Source of the DNA: Camelus dromedarius
Lineage: Eukaryota
DNA: 64,000 nt
Reading direction: 5' to 3'
Assembly: GCF_036321535.1 (NCBI RefSeq)
Contig: NC_087436.1
Coordinates: 34,412,001-34,476,000, forward strand
The number at the start of each line of letters is the position of its first letter. Within the stretch, counting starts at the first letter, position 1. Made by a program: the position numbers and the translations under genes. The notes below the pieces were generated by a model. It made no database searches. It had not been told where the DNA came from and worked only from the letters and a program-made list of their open reading frames with translations. Positions 50,801 to 62,500 of this stretch are shown piece by piece.

Positions 50801-52679
50801 AGTGAGAAAAGACTGTGGCATCTTATCTCCTAACCCTGCTTCTGTCTTCCTCTCCTTTCCAAAGTCCACTTGAAGTGGACCGGTAGGCTTTCCATTGCTT
50901 CCCATGGGAAGGAAATGATCTTACATCATGTCTTTCTCTGTTCCAAGGTGATATTAGTCTCGCCCCTTTCTGGAGCCATACTGACAAAGGGAGTAAAAGG
51001 AAGAAACTGGCTAACTACGAGTAGATATTTCTGAATTAGCTCTGCTAGATATGTGTAGATGGCCATGTTTTGATAGACACAAACTAATAAAGATATGGAT
51101 ATAGTTAGATAAATGACATTCTTTTATACCTGAATGTCTCAATAATTAGGAGATATGTCCCTTATCTTTGGAAGAATCAGGCTCAATCTATCTTAATAAT
51201 CTAGAAGTAGTTTTTGAGGACTCATGGATATTAATTAAATTGTCAGTGTTCAAAAGAACATTATTTGATTTCCCTCTTCTAAGAAATGACATTCATAGGG
51301 AATGGTATTTAAATGACAAGTCACAAGATAATTTGTGGCAGTCAGATTACTGCATTGTTTTTCACAGCTAACCCTCACCAGAGGGAGGGAAATGCATATA
51401 TAATGCATTTATAATCCCAACCTTCTAGTCTCTGACTTAGTTCAACAACAATGGGAACTTGGCCCTCTTACATGGAAAAATTATTTTGTAACAACAACAA
51501 CACAAGGGCCAAAGAAATAACAAAGACATAGTTATAGGAAAACAATTGCTGATAGTTTTGTGAATATTATCCAAAGATAATTTAACAGGAGATTTTTCCA
51601 CAAAGTTAATTGCTGCAAAAAATAAGGCTGCATTCACACAGCTAATTGCTGTAAACCAAAAAGAGATTCCCAGAATTTCTTTCCTAATGAGCTTTCTGCA
51701 ACCTCATAATAAATCTCAGCATTGCTTAGAAAAAGCAATTTTCCACCAACCATAGGAGAACATGTAAACCTCTGTCTAATTTATTTAACCTAGTTTATTT
51801 CACTTCTTCTTATTTTTGATTTTTATAAAACCTTCAAAATGTAATTTGGTGTGAATCAAACAGAGTATTCTTTCCAGCCCAGCCAGGCCCCTCTCCGTCT
51901 TTCTTGGAATTCCACCAGGACAGAAGAGACTGACTAATACCTTCATTCCTCCTCTCTCCTCCCTCATCTGGACTGGTGACTGTTGGCCAATATACAGCCC
52001 AAAGCAGATGCCCCATTAGTCCCAAGAAGTAAGCACGGGAATGTCTAACTTGGCATGCAAGCAAGTATATAAAAAATAATTAGGAAATGGATAGGCAAAT
52101 TCCCCTTATTTTTCCTTAACTTAGAGTTTAGTCAATTCTCGTAAAAAGAATAGGAAGAATTAAAGGAGAGTAGTGCCGCTGCAGCAATCACCTTCAAAAA
52201 TGGTGAATTATTTATGGAAGCACCTCCCTCCATGTGTGTAAGTTTAAGATAAGGAAAAAAAACATTGCTTTTAAAAATAGATATAAAGATTAGAATTCCT
52301 TCTCTGTGCAGTCTTTTAGCCTCAGAATCTATTCTCTTCCAAGAGGCAAGAGATTGTCTTCAGGATCTCATTGTTTTAGAATATGCTCTTGACAAAATAA
52401 TGAAACTGGTATGTGAGACAAGTCAAGTGTTCATTGCCGATGGCACCTCCAGGGATTCTCTCTTTCTCTGTTTCTTAAACACATGGCATTAATGACAGAA
52501 ACACTTACCTCCTTATGTTGTCACTGAGAGGAGGAGAATTACCTTTGCAAAGAATTTTTGTGAACATCCTGTGTTTGAATAGTTGAAAATTCTTGGCTAC
52601 TTTCAATTTACAATATTTTGAATGAAAGAAAATGACAAAAGTGATGTTTAGTGTTAAATATCTAATTAGAGTATTAAAT

Positions 52680-52990
52680 AATAGTATGAATCTACTAAAT
52701 TTATATCTATAAATAAATTAAATGTATATACTAAATTTACATAAATACACATTTATAATATATATAAAACTATACCAAATACCTAAATTTATATATTAAA
52801 ATATACTATATGTATTAATTTACATATGTACATGATATATATATGTATCATACGAATATATCTGTGTAACATATATATATATATGATGTCTCCCAGAATT
52901 TTTGATATATATGTATATATGTAGATACCATCAATTTATATTTATATGCATGTGATATATACAATATATCAAAAATTCTGGCCAACTGTG
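52680..52990. repeat. AT-rich (TA)n low-complexity tract containing an inverted repeat
   Basis: Degenerate tatata/ctaaattta units; inverted arms at 52893-52920 and 52955-52981. Confidence 0.85.
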
Positions 52991-53124
52991 TATGTATATC
53001 AAATTGTGTGATCACTAACTTTTGTTTTAATGGGTTTGCAGTAATTATTTTTTATTCCCTGAGAAAGTCATGTTGATGTCCTTTGAATTAGAAAAGTATG
53101 ATACTTCAAATTGAATTAAATTTA

Positions 53125-53247
53125 CTTATTTATTTTTAGGTTTATTTATTTATTTGTTTATCTCCTTTTTTGGCGGTACTGGGGATTGAACCCACGACCT
53201 TGTGAGTGCTTAGTGCATGTTCTATCACTGAGCTGTACCCTCCCGTC
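53125..53247 (-). mobile_element. Camelid tRNA-Ala-derived SINE with perfect TSD
   Basis: ggtactggggattgaaccc...tctatcactgagctgtaccctccc; 14-bp TSD ttgaattaaattta at 53111-53124 and 53248-53261. Confidence 0.92.
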
Positions 53248-55171
53248 TTGAATTAAATTTAAATCAATTTTTGTCCCTAATTCTTGAATAATGAGTCAAT
53301 GAAAGTAATCATAATTTCAGATCATAAAAATGAACATAATGAGAGATAATGAAAATGAACATATTGAGAAACATATCCCAATCTTAGGTTGAATAGGAAT
53401 CCCTATTACATATTATTTTAAAAATAAAATATGCAAATAACCACAACTAGAAGGACTGAATTATAGTGTTTATAAATGTTATCAAAAATTTAGAAATAAA
53501 ATTTGGAAATAAGACAAAAGAGTATATACCATATAGAGGCTTTTGTTTTACAGGCATGCTCAAAGATTATTTCATGATCTAGGTGAACAAACCTGTGCTC
53601 TGACCTCTGAGAGCCTGCACGCTACACGCTGAGAGGTTATGTGTCAACTTGCAACAGTTCTGTCCAGTCAGAGAGAGAATTCCAAAGGTCATAGTTTTTT
53701 ATGTTCTGTAGGCCACTGATTTTTTGTGTTTTTATCTTAACAATCTTATTCTAATATTTTTATTTAAAAATAATACTTGTAAATGCCCAATTCCTCAAAT
53801 ATTCTTAAAGCCTGCTTTAACGTTTTACTTATTTCCTCAGTATTGAGTTAAAAAAAAGTTGTCATGCTCTTTCTATATCTGTATGAGAATTACGGTTTTC
53901 ATTTTAATTTTTATATTATAATTTAACAGTTCTGGAGAATTCACCAAGATGCTGAAATCCTCCAAGTGGATTTACCCGGTGGAGACAATTCAAGCACATC
54001 GACTGAGTGCACTTTATGGGCAGTTTACGCTCAGGCACATTTTCTTGGCTTTCAGAATGACTCGCAAGTAGGACTAGAACTTTACTTTCCTTGACATTCC
54101 ATTTCTTCAGTTGTTGTTGTTGCTATTGATATGCTGATGTTTTATTTTTGTTTCTGGTTAAGTCTGTTATTCCTTCCCTTTCTTGTCTAAGTCAAAGTCA
54201 TTGCTGTGTCTCTTTCTACAACAGGGACTTAGTGAGTCTGTGTCTTGTCTCAGAACATTGAGTTGCTCTCAAGTGCATGTAGAGAGAGCACCTTATGTTT
54301 ATAAAAACCTGACCTGTGCAAGACCAGTAAGTTTTTCTTCGCTAGCAGCAGTAGGGGCTGGGAATCTGTTTTTATTGTTTGACAATTTGGTGATTTCTCT
54401 TGGGACAGTCGATGCCTGCAGTACTGCCACAGTGACAGAGGGTGACATTGGTGGTAATAATGGACTTGCAAAGCTACTGATAGCTTTGCTCACATCTGAT
54501 TCCACACCCCTCCTCCGAGGCAGCTTTGCCTATTAATGGACTACAAGGGGCTGCTAAAATCTTCTTTGAGAACTTTCCCTTCTGCATATACGGGGAGGAT
54601 TTGTGTCTTTCGCCTTCGTGTTTTTTCTTCTATTTTTCCTTTTTGTTTCTATTTGCTTGCTTTCTGTCCAGCTATATGTTAGAGGATCCCTTCCTTAGGA
54701 AATAAAGGCTGTTTCTCCTTTTCCTGCAGTGTCAGGAACACAGGGACAAGTGACCTCCAGGGTAGATATGATGATTCTTCATGCACTAATTACACAAAAC
54801 TTTTTCTGTGTTTTCTCTATTACCTATGTGGCCAGCTCAGATCCAGCTCAGAAAAACCTTGTCACCACTCTTCTCCATCCATTTCCCCCAAGTGAACATG
54901 GCATGGAAGAGAGTTCCTATAGGGAACTTTGGCAAGTATGGCCCCGAAGGAATTGCTCAACTGTTTCCAGGTGATCAAATTGGCTTCTTTTTTTTTTTGA
55001 TGTGCAACATCGGGGGTGTTTAAGATGCTGATTCTTCCTTCCAAGTTTCTATTGTGTTCCTGGGTATCTTGGATACCTGGGATACAAAAGACTGTGGACA
55101 AGTTCATGGCTTACCATGAACTTGGCTTACCTCAGGTCTGGAGGGCTTAAAGTAACTCCCCAAACATGCTG

Positions 55172-55420
55172 CTGTAGTGTAGTAGAGAAATCACAGACTT
55201 TAGATTTAGAAATACCTCTGTAAAATCCCAGCTCTGTTACCTATAAGCTCCCTTATCTGGAGCAATAATATCTCCTCTATGAACCTCATTTTCCTCATGG
55301 ATAAAGCAGGAGTAATAATAACTATTTCAAAAAGATTAGAAACCTGATATAAAATGTTATGAAATGCCTTATTGCAAAGCTTGATATACAGAATGCATGC
55401 AATATGCTAAGTATTATTAT
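55172..55420 (+). mobile_element. MIR, near full length
   Basis: tagtgtagtagagaaatcacagactttag...aatcccagctctgttacc...aacctcattttcctcatggataaag...gctaagtattattatt. Confidence 0.75.
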
Positions 55421-55726
55421 TAAGCACACTGAAATCGCATTATTATATTTTATTCAGGAATTGTTTTCAGGCCTAGCCTCAATGTACAAGTTGTGACATT
55501 CTAGTTCTACCACAGAATACTTATGACTAAGATGTGCCTCTAGACCATCTTCTTAAGCAAGTTGGATTCTATATACACGCACACATGCATACACATCCCT
55601 TGTCAGAAAGGTAGTTTTAATGCTCCGGGGAATTGTCTTCATGTTTCTTAAAATGTTTCACTCTGTTTTAATCTGGAGCTCTTCCTATCCTCTTCGTGAT
55701 CCCATCAAATATTAAAAAATCAAGAC

Positions 55727-55870
55727 GAGGGGAGGGTATAGCTCAGTGGTAGAGAGCGTGCTTAGTATTCATGAGGTTGTGGGTTCAATCCCCAGTATCA
55801 TCAGGAATAAATAAATACCTAATTACCTACCCCTCACCAAAAAAAAAAAAAAAAAAAAAAAAAATCAAAA
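55727..55870 (+). mobile_element. Camelid tRNA-Ala-derived SINE with long poly(A)
   Basis: ggggagggtatagctcagtggtagagagcgtgcttagtattcatgagg...gggttcaatccccagta, then aaataaatacctaattacc and an A tract; atcaagac on both flanks. Confidence 0.92.
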
Positions 55871-58800
55871 AAATATCAAGACAAAGTGATAAATGTCAAA
55901 TGTGCATAATTGCTAAGATGTCATCAAACCAAAACCATCCCATGCATGAGAAGACTATGAAAATTAGCTCTGGGTGAAAGAACACATTAATAGAATTATG
56001 TAAGTTTCCACCCATAATTCCACCCTATCTCTGGTTTAATTTTCCTTGGTTCTCAGCTTCATCATCAGATCTGTATTTGACACTTTTCCTCATTCCATTT
56101 CTAGGCTGTCCCGCCAAATCCTTAATATTCCTTCTGACTCTGCCTCATGAGTTGCCTTTGGTTTGGAATTGAACCTGATGCTTATTTAGGGCACATCCGA
56201 CCTTCGTGTTCTTTGCTGGGATCTATGAGTTTCTAGGTAGGTCAGTCTCCTGTGTAATCTCATTTCTATGAGTAGCGTGGAGGAATTCTCTGGATTTCTG
56301 GAACACATGTTTTCTGTCTTTGTGTGGAAGAGCTGAGTATATAACTGATGAAGCTCTTAGACTGCCAGCCTCCTCTCTACTGGTCACCGAGCCTCACAGA
56401 AGAGTGTCTCGTGCGATATTGAAACTACTTCAGGTGCGACAAGGTCCTTTCATCTCCTGTGGGTACCATGGACTTAAAACTCTTCAATGTGTGTTTATTC
56501 ATCTTCTCCCAAAGGCAGCTTTCATGCCCTCCTTTCAGATAGATTTCAAATGTAATCTTTGTTTTTCTGCAGTCCACACTCTTGGTTGTTTTGAGATAAT
56601 TCCTGGAGGGAGGGATCCAAAATATTAACTGGGAGATACACATTTTCTGCCTACTTTACTTCTGGAAAGAAGGATGGAAGAATATGAGTGGAACTGGCAG
56701 GAACACTTGCTCCTGGTTTTCATTCCATTTTATTTGTAAATAAAACAGCCATAATCCTGTTTGGGAATGAAAGACAGGTTATCATTTTGACAGTGAGAAA
56801 TGAGAAGTGAATGCATTTGAGATTTGGGTAGGTATTTATGCAGGTAAGTCAGAATTAAAAATAATTCCTCTATTACTTCTCTGACATTTTGCTTGACCAA
56901 AATGTACTAGGAATAGTCATTACCAGCTTCCCCTGACAGTCTGTGCATTGGCCTCTGGCCTTGGAAGTCTGCACAACGAATTCTCCAGGCTTGTGACTTT
57001 AACTGCCTCTGGCTAACCCTGACATAGGAAGGCACACAGTGAAAAATCTCCAGTACTTTGTGCTTTTTTGCCTTTCAGTCTTTTATTCACAGCTATAAAT
57101 CTTGTAAAGTATGTACCTGAGAGCAGCATTGATAACCTCTGGCCCACTTCTCATTATCCTCTGAACCATGACTGCAGGTCTGTGGAAATTCATTTTTTAC
57201 TTACTTTTGAGTAAGTCGTTGCACTTAGTGAACAATTTAAAAAGGCACACAGAGTTACTAAGAAAACTAAAATTTGCTAAATGCAGTGATGAGGGGGCAG
57301 CGTGCTACCTAGTTTATTGACGCTCTGCCCTCAGGTTTCAGGTCAGCGAGGGGCTTCTGCCAGCACCCAGGAAACTACTGTGGAAAAGCCCACATCCTTA
57401 CTTTGCCCCAACACCAAGCATGAATCATTTCCTTCTTTTGCAGTATGAGTCAGGGGAAGGACTTTAAAATAAGACGTATCAGCCATCCTCATGGCACGAA
57501 CAAATATTACGAAGTCAAGTTCTAACAAGAGTTAATAGAAAATGTCAACTGGTGTATAAGAAGGCATTAGGAGATACAGGGAAAGAGAAGTAAAGTGGTA
57601 ATGACTCAGAGGAAAATCCTTCCCTGAAATGAATTTAGTTCGTGACACAGAAGAAAATGTAGAACACATTTGTTTCTTCTTCTCAGTAATATACAAGAAA
57701 GCTTTGGTTCTGTTAAGCCAGGACAGGCCTGGATGAGAAAAGTATGACATTCAATGAGAAAGAATTGCCAAATAGAATGTTCAGTGGAAAGAGTAAAAAG
57801 CAGGTTTACACTGAAGAAACTAAAATTTACAAGACTAAAGCTGACTTACAAAGCATTTCCAGAATCAAAAAAAAAAAATTTTTTTAAATGAAGTGAGTAT
57901 ACATAGAAAATTAACCATGGGAATCTAAGATATGATTGTAAAAGACCAAGAAAACTTAAATGTAAGTTAGTTATCAGAACTAATAATCAAAGATATAAGT
58001 GAAGACATGTTTTATGATCAGATTGGGATTTGGGCCAAATCCCATGGCCTGAAGACTATAAACTGTACAAACTGTCTGGCAAGTGCCATTATCATCGAGC
58101 TGGAGATGGACAGTCCTTGTGTGGAGTTGTGAAAGGCGTGGGAGCTTGCAAGAAAACAGATCAGTTATCAGAAATGAGTAAGAGGGGTAATAAAAAATAC
58201 TTTAAACCCTTTAAAAAAAGTGATCTCCTACAAAACACTAAAATCAAGTTAGATTCAGAGCTTTCTTTTGGTGAAATAAATTCTTGAAGAAAATCATATA
58301 ATACTTATACAACTTTCACTGAAAAAAATTGAGTAAAGATCATTTCAAATACTACCGAACATTTGAAGATGTAAGTGTTCAGATATAAAAGCTCCTGGTG
58401 AATGCCCAGTGACATGCTTTAATCACTATAAGAGAAATCAGAAAATATAATTCTCTATGAGATAATTGGGATTCAAATAAGGATGAAAAGATATAGAAAT
58501 ATATAAATAACTTTTTCTGCAACTAATAAGGATGAGAATTAAAAGTCAATGTGGGTAAATCTGCATTTTTTAAACCATAAAAGCAGAAATAAAGTATAAA
58601 ACAGGTAGAGAGAAGATTCCAAAACTGAAAACACCACACAGATGTGGGTTTGCAAGTGAAAGTTTTATTTAATTTTTAGTTTTATTTGATTGAAGGGGAC
58701 CTCAAAAGCCACCTGAACACATATGTTTGAGAAACACAAATACTTGTTTGAGGTTGTTTATTCCCATCTATCCATAGGGTTCTATTTCCAATGACCTCTG

Positions 58801-59128
58801 TTGGCTTAGATTTATGTCTACCTAAGACATTGGGTGTCCACAGTTGAATGAGGTATATCCTGTTCTAACAATAACATGAAAAAGAAATTTAAAAAAATTA
58901 GATTTATGAACTTAGTTGATTTTAAAAACAGATTGAAAAGTTGAAAGGGTTGGGGATGGAAAGAACAAAAGCAGAAATACAATGTCTTTTTGTCAGAAGG
59001 ATTAAAAATTATTGTTGGGTTTTGTATTGTGATGATTAAATGAATACAAATTTAGGAATGTTTATGAAAACTGTAATTATGAAATTAAAAGCACATTCTC
59101 TAACGTCCAGATTATTACAACATTACAT

Positions 59129-59400
59129 GTAGCCATGTGTGACATTGTTTTTTCTTATTTCTTCCTTCTTTGACCTCAGTAATTACACTTCAAAAGTATA
59201 GCTGACTGCCAAGGAAAAAGCTACATCCCCCATCCTTTTTGCATCTAGGTGAGAGACAGTAACTATGTTTTGGACAATGGGGTCTAGATGAATGAAGTGA
59301 GTGCAATTTGAGGAAGTATTCTAAAGAGAGGGACCACGCCTTTCTCCTTCCTGTTTCTCTTTTTTTGGCTGATTGGAATGAATAAAGTATACAGGTGACG
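59129..59400 (+). mobile_element. MLT1J-like LTR fragment
   Basis: ctacatcccccatcctttttgcatctaggtgag...aactatgttttggacaatggggtctag...gaggaagtattctaaagag. Confidence 0.6.
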
Positions 59401-59466
59401 TAATGGCTACCTCTAGGGAAAAAATTATAAATGAAAAGAAATCATGCCCACGCATGTGTGCAGGAA

Positions 59467-59505
59467 CACACACACACAGACACACACACACACACACATA
59501 CACAC
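59467..59505. repeat. Interrupted (CA)n microsatellite
   Basis: cacacacacacagacacacacacacacacacatacacac. Confidence 0.9.
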
Positions 59506-62500
59506 TATCCCTCCATATGCCTGAAACCAAAGGAAATGATTCATATTGCAAAAAATATAAGACAAAGTATTAGAAACAGAAAAAGTAATACAATGACAAA
59601 AATGAGGCTATTGCTATTATTCATAAACTAATTACAAAATAAAAGAAATTAAGTCAAAATTAAACTATTGTAAAAGTAATTAATAAATATTTATTTAAGA
59701 AAATACTATAGACTATTTTTCACCCACTATTATGAAGGATAGCCAAATCTGTATCTTTAACTTCAGCCATTTACCCTGCTCCCTACTGCTGCTTGGTGTT
59801 TCCTGGTCTTGTTCTTATGGTTGACTCTTCTGCAGGTTTTCCTATTGACTCCTCAGACCACGCCTCATCTCTTTGATTGCTGTTTATATTATTTTTTTTA
59901 ATGATTTTATTATCCTTGAGCTTCTGTAATCATTGGCTTTCCAAAAGAATGATATATTTTTAAGGGATTAAACCTCAGATTGGGAATGTACCATAATCCA
60001 AATAAGCACATACCAATATTTTCTACATTTTTCAGCCTTTTATATTAAGAACCTCTGAAATGTAGCAGGTGATGGCAAATTTGGCACACAAGTAAGTCTA
60101 GGCAGGTGTCAAAGGTAGTTGGAAAGACTTGAGAACTTAAATTCAGAAAAGGAAGTGAACTCAGTTTGGAAGAGTGATCATTAAAGGATAGAAAAGAAGG
60201 CTCAGCTCTAAGAAAGAAACAGAACATGAGGTTTATCATATATTCCATGGTAGCAAAATATAGGACCCATTCTCCATTGGGGAAATGGAGAGAATATGAA
60301 AATAAAAAAACTATCAACACCAGACGTTGAGGACAGGAATTCCAAAGGAAAAGAAATCATAGCGTAATGAAAAATTTAAACCTTCCAAATGCACAACGAA
60401 TTTTCAAAATACACATGTACATATCTACAACATACATTCACGCCACACCCACACACAGAATGTCATATCATACAGATTCATGTATCAAACAAAGGCTCTT
60501 TAAACATCTGCCAAAGAGCAGTAAAATATTGACAGATTTTATTTAATACCATTTTCTAACTTTGTATTCAGCTTTAATATGGTAACTGGGGTACATGATC
60601 TTTTGATCCTTACTTACTTTCTCTATCTGTTTATGTCTAATAAATAATTTTATTCCAAGTGACAGGTTTTGTTATGTATAAGATTAAGGATCTTGCTAAT
60701 AAAAATAGTTACATAATTTATTTAAAATTATTTGATTACTTCCTGAGACTGAGAAGTAATTAATAATTAATCAAAGTTTAATATTAACATTTCTTAATAG
60801 CAAGTTGAACTACTGGCTTATAAATGAAAATAGAGTTTTAGATTTATTATAAGATATCTATATCATAATTTTAAATTATTATTACAGAAGAGATACTTCT
60901 TCACAGAGTGAAACTCTCAAATATTATCCTAAACAATATACTTCATTAACAATTAAGTTGTTTGTAAAAGAAAAGAAAAGGAAATATTACTCCTGGGAAG
61001 GGAAGTCTAAATCATTTACTCAAAATCTTCATATTAAATTTGATTGATGTGAGAAAACTGACCTTGGCACATTAAAACACTCTCAATGCTTCACAGTTTT
61101 ACTATGAGTAAGAAAATGGAAAAGCTGCATAGTTTGGAGAATTCATGAATTTCAAACACCTGCCTGGAAGCCCCCTTTCTCCAATGTGAGGGTGGCATTT
61201 TGCTGTGGCCTTTCCCGTGAGGCTTACCGTTGCTCTCCAGGCCTGTCACAGGAAGCACTGGGCTAGTTCTCTAAGTACAGAAAACTGTTCTGCCATCTCA
61301 TCAGAAATACGATATGTTCACCTGATCCTTTCAAACTGCATTTTGAGTACAGAACATACAGAGACCCAGCTAGGCCATGCAGCCCATTCAGTTCGCAGCA
61401 GAAGAGCAAGGTGAGGGTTCTGTACTGAGAGATCTCAGCTGTTGCCTGCACCGTTTTCTCTGTGATGACTCAGTTAATGTAATATTATTCCTCTCCTCCC
61501 TCATGCACTAGTGCATCTAAATTCACACCAGCCACTTCTGCACAGTGAGCTTTGGGGCTACAGTTCTCTTCCAGGTCATTTCCAGGATAATAGGGCTAAG
61601 GGTCAAAGTGACCGCACTCCAACACCATTCGGCTTTCCTTTTATTTCAGGGGAAGAACGGAAATGACTTTGATACAAGAAAGGGAAAGAATATCTTTTAT
61701 TCTTGGCAACCTTCATTCATCCACAAGGGCCAGAAATGTAGACCCTAAGTAACCCTAATTTTGAGAGATGTACTTTATACCAGATTATTGATAGGTTTTA
61801 TCTTCCATGCCAGTCCTGATTATGTGATCTGGGTTTGGGGGCTATTCCTGAGACTATAAGAGGAGAATAGATTTAGTCATTCCGTTTCCACAAGGGGAAG
61901 GAATCATCACTTAGGACTTAGTAATTGGAATCTCTATATATAATATAAAAATTGTTCTATGCGATCCTATATTATAGCATAATTTTTAATAATGATGTTC
62001 CTAATAAAATGGTAAGTGAATCTATATTATGAATAACCTGACAGTACAAGCCATGTTTACAAAGTGTCATAATGTCCTTTATTTTTTTCCATTTAAATAA
62101 TAAATTTGGGTCAATGTATCCCTAAGTCTCAGAAATTTTATGTCTGCAATAATTGGGTTTTTATTATTATCATTAATATTATCATTTAATATTATCATTT
62201 TTAAAATAATGAAACAGTTTAGTATTTAATAACACTTCTAAAATGTACAAGTAACTCTAACTTGTATTTTCTGGAGATTAGTGTCATAAAATATGGGATA
62301 ACCTTTCTCTAAATCACATTCTAATATTCTTAATTTTTTCCCATGATTTTGAGCTATAGACATAGTTTGGATTTTTATACAATAACTGAAGAACATGTTT
62401 TTGCCCCTCACTCTGGTTTATTTACCAGAATTACTGGCAAATGATGATAGAAAATTATAGAATAATTAAAACTAATTACAGAAAATTATTTGCCTGGCTG

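Noticed and set aside
54905..54940. Kinesin motor motif (KVPYRNS)
   Set aside because: Not followed by KLT.LL, and no P-loop or DLAGSE motif is nearby.
55727..55800. tRNA-Ala genes (also at 8884, 11835, 25435, 53170)
   Set aside because: Mutated stems, a shared non-tRNA tail, A-rich ends and TSDs show these are SINEs.
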